Assembly (NCBI RefSeq): GCF_036365525.1
Contig: NC_090381.1
Coordinates: 96,451,613-96,515,612, forward strand
From: Heterodontus francisci
Lineage: Eukaryota
Direction: 5' to 3'
DNA: 64,000 bases
Shown here: one piece after another, positions 51,600-64,000 of the stretch
Layout: each line of letters starts with the position of its first letter
How positions within the stretch are numbered: the stretch's first letter is position 1
Made by a program: the position numbers and the translations under genes
The notes under the pieces: model-generated
Told to the model about the DNA's origin: nothing
Seen by the model: the letters and a program-made list of their open reading frames with translations, nothing else
Databases searched by the model: none

Positions 51600-52401
51600 T
51601 GTCAGGCAAACCCCCCTCCCCCCCCCCCACCAGCTGCCAAGACTGAGGCACACATTATTTCGCCACATCAACATTAAAACCTAAAAAGTGCAAGCCCCTG
51701 ACTGGAAAGACATTTTTGCATAGTAACAGACAGTGTTAAAACAATGGGGACCCAGTAGTTGCTTGCCCAAAACACAGAAGTGATTTTAGTCATATGACTA
51801 ACTGGCTGTTGCAGAGGTTTGAACTGAGAGTTTTAAATTGAAGAAAACAGTACTTGAGATGAGAAAGCTCCTGGCTTCTGGTTTGAGAAGACCTCTCCTC
51901 TCCTGCCTGCTCATCTCTCAGGGAACTGAAACCACTGAAGACACGTAAACTCAGAGAGAGAAAAATCTCCCACGTGAACAAGATTTACGAAGAATACTGG
52001 GCCCCAACGAAATGCAAGACAATATCTTCAATCAAGGACTACTGAGAGCTTGAGAAACAGTTAACAAGATACTGTTCTACTTATCTTTTCTTCTGGTCTT
52101 TTCTGTCCCTATTTGCATGTGTGTATTGCGTGTGCATGCTAGCGTGAGTGTGTCATATATCCGTAGATGTTAACCATATTAGAGTTTAAGTTTAAGGTTG
52201 AATAAATTTCATCTTTCTGCTTTAAAACAAAGAAAGCCTGTTTGTGCTCATTTCTTCGCCTTATAATTGGAAAGTTGTGAACAAGGATTCACAAAAAGGG
52301 GGAGCTCAAAACACAGTGTGTTTAAAATTAAACCCTGTTACAATAAGACCAGGTAAAGATAGTAAAAGACCCCTAGACACATTTCGCATCCGGTCATAAC
52401 A
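51600..52401 (+). mobile_element. Solo LTR-like element, ~800 bp (probably Gypsy)
   Basis: TGTCA…TAACA termini, AATAAA at 52201, non-coding; no TSD found. Confidence 0.6.
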
Positions 52402-52783
52402 CATATGAAATCATATAGCATTGCACAACTGCATACTCAAATCTAAAAGTAATTGTTTCACTGCAGATCAGACCTGGAGTTAGTGATACAAATGTTCATC
52501 TGCAGGTTTAAATCAGTTCTAAATGGTTAAGATGGGATGCTAGTAGCACTTAATTCACTAGTGTAAACTTGCATAATCACTTTCAGCACCAGATGCATAC
52601 TCAGATGAGTCTAGGAAGTACACCTGTAGTGAGTAGGAGAAAATTGCATGCAAGTCAAATTTCAAGGGATGAGAACTATTAAAGGGGAGCATCAGAGTAT
52701 GGAGATTAAAAAAAAATCAAAAAGCCTTTGGAGTGCCTCAAAGGGTACATCAACCCAATCGCAGATCTTGTCATGGCAGAAGG

Positions 52784-53620
52784 TGCTGTGGGACGTGGAA
52801 TCACCTTAAGAGCAGACCACTTTAAAAGCTGTAAGTGAAGGTCACCAGTAGAAGTGATGTCACGCCACACATGACCAGGGAGTTGTGGGTGTAGCTCGAC
52901 AGAGTGAGATGTGTTTACATGTGCTTGTGCAGTAATTGCTTGTAAATATATGTTCTAGTTGTTATATGGAACAAGTTGCTATATGGCATCAGGTGGCAGG
53001 ACCGTTTCTCCAACACAGAAGTCCTCGAGGCGGCCAACATCCCCAGCTTATACACCCTACTGAGTCAGCGGCGCTTGAGATGGCTTGGCCATGTGAGCTG
53101 CATGGAAGATGGCAGGATCCTCAAGGACACATTGTACAGCAAGCTCGCCACTGGTACCAGACCCACCATGTCTCCGCTTTAAAAACATCTGCAAACGCGA
53201 CATGAAGTCCTGTGACATTGATCACAAGTCATGGGAGTCAGTTGCCAGCGATCGTCAGAGCTGGCGGGCAGCCATAAAGGCGGGGCTAAAGTGTGGCGAG
53301 TCGAAGAGACTTAGCAGTTGGCAGGAAAAAAGACAGAAGCGCAAGGGGAGAGCCAACTGCGAAACAGCCCTGACAATCAATTTTATCTGCAGCACCCGTG
53401 GAAGAGTCCGTCACTCTAGTATTGGCCTTTATAGCCACTCCAGGTGCTGCTCCACAAACCACTGGCCACCTGCAGGCGCTTACCCATTGTCTCCCGAGAC
53501 AAGGAGGCCAAAGAAAAAAAAAAAGTTGTTATAATAAAAACCTATGTTTTCTTTGGGTATTACTTGTCAGCCTGTGAGTCTTACAATAGTTCACAAACCA
53601 AAGGAACAAGTAATATTACA
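52784..53620 (+). mobile_element. Solo LTR (family of 44494-44772) split by an RTE
   Basis: Matches the reverse complement of 44494-44772 in two pieces; flanks GAAGG and GAAGA. Confidence 0.8.
52967..53523 (+). mobile_element. RTE-clade LINE 3' fragment
   Basis: WQDRFSNTEVL…RRLRWLGHV…WESVASDRQSWR…IGLYSH, A-tail, 10-bp TSD AGTTGTTATA (52957-66 and 53524-33). Confidence 0.9.
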
Positions 53621-53674
53621 GAAGATACAGGGAATTAGGGAGTAGCCAGTGAAAGTGAAAGGAGAGGGATCCAT

Positions 53675-54553
53675 TGTCACAGATATGAGTCTACAGACAA
53701 GTAATAAAGCAACCCAACACTTGACCCCCCTGGTTTATGGCTGCTGAGTTTGAGTTGGTTCTGCACGAGATGCTTAGAAGGAGGGTTTCACTCTATGGTA
53801 TCATTCCCATAGGTTCAGCATCTCTGTAAGTAGGTGCAGCCAAGTTTCAGGCCACATCTGACTGTTACTGCCCCTGTATATTGCGCAGCTCTATGTGCAT
53901 GGCGACCACAGGTGTCCTTACAGGAGCTGGCACAGTCTAGGACCCTATTTGAGATCAGCCTGGTGGGGGCGGACGGTTAATTGGACATATAATTGGAAAA
54001 TGGTTGATGCACAGGGTGGGAGGATATGTGGATGATGCAGGGCAATAGCACAATAGCACAGTAACATAGTGGCGAGGGGGGGTTGGGTGAGACATGGGGA
54101 TAGGTATGGAGAGAGCAAACGATCAAATGAATGCTATAGAAAGATAGGAGGTAGGGCAGTAGTTCAAAGCACAGTTGATGCCAGTAAGATGGTCTTTCAA
54201 TGCATGTGGCAGTAATGATGTGAATGGATTGGAATGGGATTGTCAATTAGGGGATTACCGAGAAACAGTTGCAAAACAGAAATGCAGCAAAACAGGATAT
54301 AGCACAGGGAAAATGGAAAAGAGAAACAATCAGGGTAGTATGGAGGGAACATAACAGGATAGTAAGGGACCGAATGGAACATAGATTGGGGGTGGGTGGT
54401 GAGGGGTGCGGGGGGCGGTAAACAGCTATCGGAAATGATAAGCAGCAAGGCCAACAATGTAGAATCCAAAACTTGCCTTGGACTCTGATGCTATCCCTCT
54501 TTCGCTGACAACCCAAAAATCCAACCGTATGATACAAATGAGGAGGTGTAACA
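53675..54553. mobile_element. Possible LTR-like element
   Basis: Termini TGTCACA and TGTAACA only; no TSD. Confidence 0.25.
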
Positions 54554-55119
54554 CAGACAATATGAACTAAGGGTCAGGTAAAAACAATAGGTTTGTGATA
54601 AAACAAGATAGAGTGTAGAGATGAAAAGGAATGTTCCACTGGGGTTGGAAATGTGTCATGGAAAACAAGACTGAAGGGCAAGGGAGCAAGACAGCAAATT
54701 GAAGGGCAAGCTATAATAAGATTTGATGTCAGTGACAGTCTGGTGCATAAGATGACAGCATGAAATATGCCACAATCTGACCACTTCCTGTTGCTTTCTT
54801 ATCTGTGGTCCTTCCCAGATCCACCATACCAACCACCACCTCCATATCAAAAGGAACAAAAGACAACAGAGAGGAAAGGAAAAACACAGAGAGAAATAGG
54901 TCAAACACACAGAACGCCAGAGAAAGTGTACCTGTACACAAATAGAGAAAGATACAGTGAGAGGGTGAGATAAAAGAAGCATTAACAGAAATATGTCAGT
55001 ATGTATATTAAATGGGTCAGAAAAGACGGATACACAGCGACAGAAAAATCAAAATGAAAGCAAGGGGAAAAAATAAATCTCCATTAAAAAAGTAGTAAAA
55101 AAGCAAAGGTTTTCCCAAG

Positions 55120-55450
55120 AGGTGCTGCCTTTTGGATGAGATATTAAACAGAGCACCTGTCTGCACTCTCAGGTGGACATAAAAGATCCCATAACACTAT
55201 TTGAAGAAGAGCAGGGTGTCCATCACAGTGTCTTGGCCAATCTTCGTCTCTCAACCAGCTGCACTAAAATACACTATCTGGTCATTGCCTTATTGCTGTT
55301 TGAGAGCTTCCTTTTGGGTGGTCAATGAAGGAGGGAAATTGCCTGCCGCATTTCCTGCACAACATGGACTGCACTTCAAACATACTTCATTGATTGTAAA
55401 GTACTTTAGGACATTCTGAGATTGTGAAAAGAGCTTATTAATTTAAAGTC
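55120..55450 (+). mobile_element. DeuSINE-like SINE (5' truncated)
   Basis: GATGAGATATTAAACAGAG…AAAAGATCCCATAACACTATTTGAAGAAGAGCAGGG. Confidence 0.7.
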
Positions 55451-56070
55451 CTTCTCATGCTTTCATAGCCCATAGGCTTAATTCCTCAAATGGTTTCCGC
55501 TGGGCCTCTTGAATTCCGTCTTACATGGATTGCAAATTAGCCCGAACTCTGCCACCTGCATCCTATCATGCACTGAGTCCTGCTTGGCTTTCACTCCTCT
55601 CCTCAGCAAGCTCCACTGGCTCCTCAGACCCTAAAGCATTACATTCAAAATCCATGTCCTTATTCACAAATCCCTCAATCAACTTGTCCCACCTGACCAC
55701 TGCACCTCCTGCCACCCTGCGTCGGTCTTCCATTTTTCAGACTCTGAGCTGCTGTTCCCCACACCCCCTCCACCTTTGCTAGGCCTAAATAGCTGAAGGC
55801 TTCACTAACACTCTGGAACTCTCTATCCTTTCCAAATTGCTAACACTCTCCCCAACTTGAAAAGCAAGCTCTGTTTCTCTCTCCACAGATGCTGCCAGAC
55901 CTGCTGAGTATTTCCATCATTTTCTGTTTTTATATCTAAACCTTTCTGTTTGACCATGCTTTCTGTCATTGATCCCAACGCATCTCCTAAAGTGGTTCAG
56001 TATCTGTTTTTATTTTGTTAAACACCTTGGGACATTTACTGCGTTAAAGCCACTCTATAAATGGAAACCC
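55450..56070 (+). mobile_element. Degraded L2 3' fragment with a Penelope-type insert at ~55870-55933
   Basis: L2-like CTCCACTGGCTCC and tail; the insert reads CTCTCCACAGATGCTGCCAGACCTGCTGAG. Confidence 0.55.
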
Positions 56071-56859
56071 AATGTGACTTGAAAAGATTTGTGATTCTGA
56101 GGATTTCTCTAATTCTATTAACGTTACGATTCAGTATAATTTGAGGAGTCTTTCTGGAATGAGCTCCAAGATAACCAGTGCAGCAGATTTTGAAAGTTGA
56201 GGAGGCACTGAATACTTAAAGGATCATCCAAAAATACACAGAGAAAGCATTCAGATTTCAGATGAAAGCTTAACCCATCTTAGAACACTAAACAATTATT
56301 AGAATTCTTCAAGATCACAAACACAGCATCAATGATAAAGTAAATCCCATGCTCTCGGCAGCTTGCATTGGAAAGGCATTCACTCAGAGTCCTTTACAAA
56401 CTGCTGATCTGCTCATTGGAAGGTTTACTGGACGTCTACCAAATTTGTTTAAAAAATCATCAAATTCCAAACAGCTTTCACAACATAAAAAGCTTTTTGA
56501 CAACAGCTCTAATTAAAGCGTATGAAAGCTTGATGTCTGGCTCCTTATCCTGGACATTCTATGAATTATCCACATGCTACACAGATCACGGAGTCTGAAG
56601 TGCATCTGCCTCAACCCATCACAGAAGAACACTTAATTAATTCTGTGGAGGCGAATGGTAATTTTATTGCTCAATGCATAGGTAATTCCATCTCGTGACG
56701 AATAGAAACAACAGTTAACAGTGTTCTGGAATTAATTTAAAGGTTGAATAAAATCTCATGGATCATTTTCCACCATAGAATTGTAACAGACTTAGATAAA
56801 CCCAAACATAATATGTAAAATTTGTTTAGCAAATGTGATTGACCTTCAGAATACATTGG

Positions 56860-57085
56860 ATAAGATACTGGGAAAACCTCTTGCTGTGGCAAAAAGGTGC
56901 TGCTGGTCGATCTGGAATACACTGCCTGAAAAGATTAGCAGAATAAATAATAACTTTTAAAAGAGAATTGGATATATACTTGAAGAGGAATAAAATTGCA
57001 GGGCTATGAGGAAAGAACAGCAGTGTGGAACTGTTAGGATAGCACTTTCAAAGGGATGGCACAGGCACAAAGGCTGAATGGCAAT
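56860..57085 (+). mobile_element. CR1 3' end fragment
   Basis: TCTGGAATACACTGCCTGAAA…TTTTAAAAGAGAATTGGAT. Confidence 0.6.
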
Positions 57086-57131
57086 GAGGGCAGAACTACT
57101 CTGTAACTTGGCAAACAATTAGATGTGCTTT

Positions 57132-57159
57132 TGTGTGTGTGTGTGTGTGTGAGAGAGAG
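57132..57159. repeat. (TG)n(AG)n microsatellite
   Basis: Direct reading. Confidence 0.9.
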
Positions 57160-57339
57160 CTACACAGAGTAGGTGTAATGAAGCAGAATGGGAGTACAAT
57201 GAAGAGAGTCAGACAGAATGGAGTTTGAGTGTGAGAGAAAAGAGACTGTGTATAAGGGGAAAAAGAGTGTAGAGAAAGAGTAATGATAGAGACAAAAAGC
57301 ATGGATTCAGTGTAGACAGTGAGTGGAGAAAGAAAGTCT

Positions 57340-57735
57340 GGCCTTGCTTTCACTGGTGTTTAGAAGAGTGAGGGGAGACTTGATTGAAGTAGATAAGATC
57401 CTGAACAGTCTTGACAGGGTGAAGGTGGAGGGGATGTTTTCTCTTGTGGGTGAGTCCAGAACTAGGGGGCACTGTTTTAAAATTAGGGGTTGCCCTTTTA
57501 GGACAGAGACGAGGAGAAATATTTTCTCTCAGAGGATTGTGCGACTTTGGAACTCTCTGCCTCAGAAGGTGGTGATCATTGAATATTTTTAAGGCAGAGG
57601 TAGATAGATTCTTGTTAGGCAAGGGAATCAAAGGTTATCGGGGATAGATGGGAGTGTGGAATGCGAGACAGAAACAGATCGGCCGTGAAGTGGGCTGAAT
57701 TGCCCACTTCTGGTCCTAATTCGTATGGTCTTATG
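57340..57735 (+). mobile_element. CR1 3' fragment
   Basis: RRVRGDLIEV…SRTRGH…FSQRIVRLWNSLP. Confidence 0.85.
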
Positions 57736-58033
57736 GTAAAGATATGAGCTACAGAGTATTAACATTAAGTCAGATGGATTTTAATTGCCTTTTATGTATG
57801 TTCTTCTGTGTCTCTGGTCTGCTTAATTGGGTCTTAATATCATGAATGGTGAAAAAAATGTCATGCTTTAGTCTGATGACCACGAGAGGTGAGTGTCCAT
57901 TCTACTTACATAACTATTTTTAAAATAGTGGTGTATTTCAAGTACAGAATGTTTTTAACAATAAAGACTAACGATAAAGGTTAATTTTTTATGAGACACT
58001 ACATTGTCCTTAGTTTCCACTTGGAAAATATAT

Positions 58034-58683
58034 GGGCCGGAATTCTCCAGGCCTTTTGGGGACAGGCTGGGAGGTGGGAAGGCTGACAAAATGGCGTGGG
58101 AAGGCATGGGGGGTGGGGGGGGGGGGTGGTGGTGCCGGATGTTATCCTGCCACCATGCCATTTGCCAGTGGTTTGGTGGTTTGGACGCCCATTGGAAGGC
58201 AAAATGATCCGCATAAGTGGTCAATTAAGTGTCACTTCCAGCCTCCACAGGCATTTTTGTCTGTGTTGGGAGAGCCTGCCGCTGTGTGGGGAGACTGCCG
58301 GGTGAAACCTGGCAGCCTCCCAGGGGGCTCCGCGTGGGCGGGGGTGGGGTGGGAGCTCTCCTTTATGGGCACTCCAAGGCCCATGGTGCAGCCCCTTGGC
58401 AACAATGGCCACCCTCGCGGCAACAGGGCCACAGGCACTCAGTGACCCATTCCACCCTCCACTTCCTGATCACCAGGGCTTGCTTGCCTGGCCCCAGCAT
58501 CCCCAACACCACTTACCTGCCTTTGAGGGCACTGTGGTGGCGCTGCTGAGCTGCCAGCCCTTAGCTGGGCGGTGGCTGCTGCCAAAGAAATGCTGCCCCA
58601 GGTCCCACCGCCCACCAAAGTGGGGTTGCCTCCCAATTACAGCCCTGGGGCAGTACTTCAGCCCTCTCTATGAAATCCAGTCC
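58034..58683. mobile_element. GC-rich MITE (Harbinger-type termini)
   Basis: Ends GGGCCGGAATTC and GAAATCCAGTCC. Confidence 0.6.
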
Positions 58684-58923
58684 ACGGTGTCCACATTAAC
58701 ATCAAGAACATAGGTATAACATCCAGTAACATCCAATATTACACTTTACCTAAATTTTGGTAACAACCCTTGATATATGTGTAGACTTTGAGTCACTGGG
58801 GGAGAAATTGTTTCTCTTTGTATCCATTTTACTGTAGTGCCCAAGGCCACCTGAAATATGTCTGACCCCCATGTACAGTCAGATGAGTTTTCAGGCATCT
58901 GCTTAAAAATATATACCAAATGT

Positions 58924-59015
58924 AATAAAAGCAAAATACTGTGGATGCTGGAAATCTAAAATAAAAACAGAAAGTTCTGGAAATACTCACAGAAAGGTCT
59001 ATGACCTTTCATCAA
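58924..59015 (-). mobile_element. Penelope-type short repeat fragment
   Basis: AATAAAAGCAAAATACTGTGGATGCTGGAAATCT…GACCTTTCATCA. Confidence 0.6.
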
Positions 59016-59279
59016 ATTTAAATGAGTGGGTCTGACGCCTGTTAAACTGGGTGATGCTGAGCACCGCAGGCACCAGCCCTACTCTGCTGTGGAATCTAAT
59101 GTCGATTCGCTCTGGTTGCCCAGAAATAAGTGAATAAATTTAAATAAAAATTGACGTGGAACTGGAGTGCTCCTTCTGGCTCCACAGGACTCCCAAGGGC
59201 TATTACTGGCCTGCAATCAGCCACACTCCCGTTGACTTCTCCCAACACCAACACAGTCCACCCCCAGCAAGACAAGCAG

Positions 59280-60010
59280 ATGAAATTGTATTGGAAAGGG
59301 TACAATTCTAAAGAGAGTGCAGAGGCAAAGAGACCTAGGGGTATATGTGCTTTAATCGTTGAAGGTGGCAGGGCAGGTTGAGAAAGTGGTTAAAAGGGCA
59401 TTTAGGATGATGGGCTTTATGAATAGAGGCATAGAGTATAAAAGCAAGGAAGTTAAGATAAACTTTATAAAACACTAGTTCGGCCTCAACTAGAGTATTG
59501 TGTCCAATTCTGGGCACCACACTTCAGGAAGGATGTGAAGGCTTTAGAAAGGGTGCAGAAAAGATTTACAAGGATGGTTTCAGGGATGAGGAACTTCAGT
59601 CCCGTGGATAGATTGGGGAATCTGGAGTTGTTTTCCTTTGAGAAGGTTGAGGGGAGATTTAGTAGAGGTGTTCAAAATCTTGACGTGTCCAGACAGAGTA
59701 GATAGAGCTCCCATTGGTGGAAGTGCCAAGAGCCAGAGAACACCGATTTAAAATGATTGGCAAAAGGTCCAACAGTGACATATGGAAAAACTTCTTGACA
59801 CAGCTAGTGGTTAGGATCTGGAATGCACTGCCCGAGAGTGTGGTGGAGGCAGATTCAATTGTGGTTTTCAAAAGGGAATTGGATAAGGGAAAAACTTGCA
59901 GGGCTACTGGGAAAGGGCGAAGGAGCAGGGCTAGCTGAGTTGCTTTTGCAGAGACCTGGCATGGACACGATGGGACAAATGACCTCCAGTACCCATTCTA
60001 TGATTCTATG
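59280..60010 (+). mobile_element. CR1 3' portion
   Basis: LVRPQLEYCVQFW-type sequence, VVRIWNALP, (ATTCTATG)n tail. Confidence 0.85.
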
Positions 60011-60501
60011 AAATTCATCCCCTTGAAAGTAGCACATTTCAGTAAAGTGTTGCATCAGCCCATTCAGTTAAAGTTTTCTGATCAAAGTCAGTTGCTTTTT
60101 TAAGTAGTATGTTGTACTTGATGTAAAAATTACTCTAGAATACTCAGAACTCTGTGCACTGTGCATAAATTGAAGAGTTCCATACATGTGCAAATGAAAA
60201 CTTGCGCACTAGCCCACACCTTTATGTATTAACATGAATGGTTAAAGGTGGTTAAAGAGTCCAGTGCATCCAGTACAAATTCCGTCAGCCCTTCTCTTGT
60301 TAGCAAATTGGTAAGTGGATTAGGATCTCTGACCTATCTTTTGAATTTGTGATCCCTGTACACTATTGCGAGGCGAGAGTGTTTATAATTTGAGCTTTGC
60401 AACATATGTGCATGTGTGTGTGTATGTTTTTATGTTTGTCTAGTGTACTGTAAAGCTTCATGGACATGTGTTATCCTATATATATAGATGACCTACTGCT
60501 A

Positions 60502-60672
<171 letters not shown>

Positions 60673-61793
60673 TTACTTCAGCACAACTGGAAGATGAACA
60701 GGATATTATCTCAACACAGGAGGAATGGAGAAGATCATATGACTGAAGTCTAGCAATGAATAAGCTTTCTCATTAGTATGTAAATTGCAACATCCATAGT
60801 TGTACTCTGTTTTCAGCTGTGGAACCAGAGGAAATGAACCCTGCAGAAAATCAGCAGACATTACAAAAATAAACCACGATATGCTGAACAAAGAGTATCC
60901 TATTATTTTCAACAAGAATATAAAGTATCTGTGGCACAAAAAGATTTTTTACAGTCCGTGGTCCTGATTTTAAAGGGGAGCTGATGCAGGCTTGGATAGA
61001 GTGCACACGAATCCTGAATTGGGGACGTGGATTAAATTCTCATCAAATTCTTCCAAGTCCCATCAGAACTGGCCAGATCCATTACTTGACTGGCGAGTGA
61101 GAGCGGGAACTGAGGCTGCAGCCGGCTGGCACCAGGGACTTGAGGGAATGGATCTATGGGGTAAGCATGGGGGTGTGGTTGTGGTTTCAAAACAGATGTC
61201 AGTGTGTGCAGGAGGAGGGGGGACTGGGGAAAGAAAGGCCTAAGGATTTCTTCCTGTTCCTCTGAGCAATCTTTTTTTTTTGATTGTCTTGGCCTCTTGC
61301 GGCCACCAGGGATGCTCGCCAGGTTTCCCCTGCACCACTCCCTGTCTCTGTGAAAATCACTGCACAGCACCAATGGCAGTGGTGCCTTTTACTTTTAAGT
61401 TAGGATCTTGCTTGCCTGTCGTGGCGGTTCGTTAAGATGTCACCAAACAGGAACAATGTGGCCTCGGGCAGGTAAGTAGTCTTGGCTTGATGTAACCCCT
61501 TCTGCGCATAATTCTCATGGGGTGAGGGGTTTAAAATAGATGCTTATGAATCTGTAGTGTGGAGAATGCTTCATGGATTAAACTTACACACATTCAAATG
61601 AACCTCCTGTGGGAATATTTGGGTTGAGTCTGCAAGTACTGGAGGGGGGGCAGGGTGGTGTGGGAGAATTTGGGAGAATTTAAGAGGTGCATGGTAAGAG
61701 TGCATAGAGGAAGGTGTGTTGTGTAATGGAGAGAACTTCAGGAGATCTGGGGTTAGCAGCACTGGCACAGTTGGGGTACAGAAGTGGCGCAGT

Positions 61794-61890
61794 TCCGAAG
61801 AAGGGTCACTGACCCGAAACGTTAACTCTGCTTCTCTTTCCACAGATGCTGCCAGACCTGCTGAGTGATTCCAGCATTTCTTGTTTTTGT
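61794..61890 (+). mobile_element. Penelope-type 97-bp insertion with hammerhead-like motif
   Basis: Flanked by a perfect 17-bp duplication TACAGAAGTGGCGCAGT (61777-93 and 61891-907); nearly identical to the right arm at 51255-51350. Confidence 0.85.
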
Positions 61891-61897
61891 TACAGAA

Positions 61898-62228
61898 GTG
61901 GCGCAGTGGTTAGCACCGCAGCCTCACAGCTCTAGCGACCCGGGTTCAATTCTGGGTACTGCCTGTGCAGAGTTTGCAAGTTCTCCCTGTGACCACGTGG
62001 GTTTCCTCCGGGTGCTCCGGTTTCCTCCCACAGCCACAGACTTGCAGGTTGATAGGTAAATTGGCCATTATAAATTGCCCCTAGTATAGGTAGGTGGTAG
62101 GGGAATATAGGGAAGCTGGGGATGTGGTAGGAATATGGGATTAGTATAAATGGGTGGTTGATGGTCGGCACAGACTCGGTGGGCCGAAGGGCCTGTTTCA
62201 GTGCTGTATCTCTAAATAAATAAAATAA
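61898..62228 (+). mobile_element. HE1-like V-SINE
   Basis: Same family; its 5' end was duplicated by the preceding insertion. Confidence 0.87.
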
Positions 62229-62379
62229 GAAGTGAGTTGCAGTGTTGTGGCATGATGCAATAAAAATAAAAATGATGACATCCTATTCATCAAAAGTAAA
62301 ATGAGATGCAGGCCTCCATCGTCAAACAGAAGCAACACAAATGAAGACTGAGATTTAACACTTTCTAAAGCAGAAAACT

Positions 62380-62910
62380 AAAAAATGTGGAGGAGGAAAG
62401 GGATTTGGGTGTCCAGGTACATAAATCATTAAAAGCTAGGCTCACAGCTACAAAAAAAATGAAAAAGGTTAATGAAATGATGTATTTTATCTCAAGAGAA
62501 TTAGAATACAAAGGACAGAAGTTATGCTTTAGTTATAAGAAGCCTTGACAACCCCATCAGGATTATCATGTTCAGCTTTGGGCACCACCTCTCAGGAAAG
62601 AGAGGTAAATTATCAGGGGCCACAGATTTAAGGTGATTGGTAGAAGGATTAGAGGGGACATGAGGAAAAGCTTTTTCACACAGAGGGTGGTGGGTGTCTG
62701 GAATTCACTGCCAGGAATGGTGGGGGAGGCAGAAACCCTCAATTCTTTTAAAAGGTACCTGGGCATGTGGCTAAAGTGCTGTAATCTGCAAGGCTATGGA
62801 CCAAGTGCTGGAAGGTGAGATTAGATTGGGCGGCTAGTTTTTTCGGCTGGCACAGACATGATGGGCTGAATGGCCTCCTTCTGTGCTGTAATTTTTCTAT
62901 GGTTCTATGG
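62380..62910 (+). mobile_element. CR1 fragments (young 3' end within an older copy)
   Basis: FFTQRVVGVWNSLP and a TTCTATGG tail. Confidence 0.8.
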
Positions 62911-64000
62911 AAAGATATATTGTCTATAGACAGTTTAGTTCAGATTTACCAAAATAATACAGGGCCTTAAAGGGTTAAATTATGAAGACAGATAGCATAA
63001 ACTTGGGTTATATTCCATTAAAAAATTAAAACAAGGGGCATAATTCTAAAATTACAACTGGTCTATTCAGGAGTGGCATCAGAGTAGAGATAGTATAATG
63101 ATAGAGATAGTAGAACTGTAGACCTGGCACAATGGTTTAAAACTTATCTTTGTACTCAAGAGGTTGCCAGTACAAAGGAGCTGGAAATGGAAAATGCCCA
63201 TGAGCATTCACTCAGTTTCATCTGTGCACATGCTTGTAGCTCTCACTGAGAGTCAGATTAATCGGGGTTTTGTTCAGAGTTTTTTTGCTGAAGGCATTAA
63301 CTCCTGGGTCACAGTTCCATCAATGCTGGTTGCCCTCTGGTATGTTATCTGAGTGGTTATATTTTTATGTGTGAGTCTTGACAGGGAGTACGGTGGAGTA
63401 TCACAGGTGGACATGATCCTGACCTTACCCAACACCCATACACTGGGAGTTGCCAATGGGGTAACTAGAAAACGACCAGGAGCAGGAACACCAGCTGATT
63501 TGTCCTGCTCTAACCCAGCAGTGCGGAGGCACATTACTGCATCCGTATTATTGTTCCAATGAGCTAATTAAGTTAAAGCTGGAAATAAAACTTGCAGCCT
63601 TCTGATCTTTACATTTCAGTAACTCACCAAGCTATTGGAGGAGCTAGGTTAATATAATAACTAGAATACACACTACAGCCACACATGGGGACCCAATTTC
63701 AAATTTGTCAGTCTTGCTTGCCATTTGCACTTGGGCTTCTCCAGAAATATAAAAGTTTCAAGAGACTTGGCTGAATTTTCTGAGAAAGGGGATAAGGACG
63801 TTGGCTGGGGCGGTATTTTTTCTGCATTATTAAAGCATGACTTCGACTAGATTAACTTGACCCAGACACAATTGATTGACTTCCTCTCTAGTCCACAGGC
63901 TACAAACGGAAGCAGAAAGAATTCCCTCGACTGACATCAGGATGCTGTAACATCGTGGATCATGGTCACTGCATCAGTAATAACCATAATCCTTCCATAC

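Noticed and set aside
60706-60939. Minus-strand ORF with a TTTTCTGCAG acceptor-like site just upstream of the 83-nt exon
   Set aside because: No similarity to NHE sequence, stops in all frames and no clear donor.

Overview
Eukaryotic, repeat-rich genomic DNA. The SINE, CR1, RTE and Harbinger families point to a cartilaginous fish, most likely a shark (inference). Two minus-strand coding exons of an endosomal Na+/H+ exchanger (NHE6/7/9 family, best match SLC9A9) sit at 60551-60633 and 3937-4042; neither is in the supplied ORF track. They join in frame (…[27 protein letters not shown]…) across one 56,508-nt intron (4043-60550). That intron has minor-spliceosome (U12) signals: a GTATCTTTT donor and a TTCCTTAAC branch point followed by 11 nt ending in the AG. 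The rest of the window is mostly nested transposon remains: CR1/L2/RTE LINEs, V-SINE(HE1)-like and DeuSINE-like SINEs, Harbinger elements and MITEs, solo LTRs, a GalEa-like copia and a hAT remnant. It also holds Penelope-type short elements with hammerhead-ribozyme-like cores, one arranged as a near-perfect 96-bp palindrome. The least explained item is a duplicated, nearly gap-free ~160-nt non-coding block mid-intron, next to an internal U12-like 3' splice site. All calls were made by eye; repeat boundaries are approximate unless a TSD or TIR is quoted.
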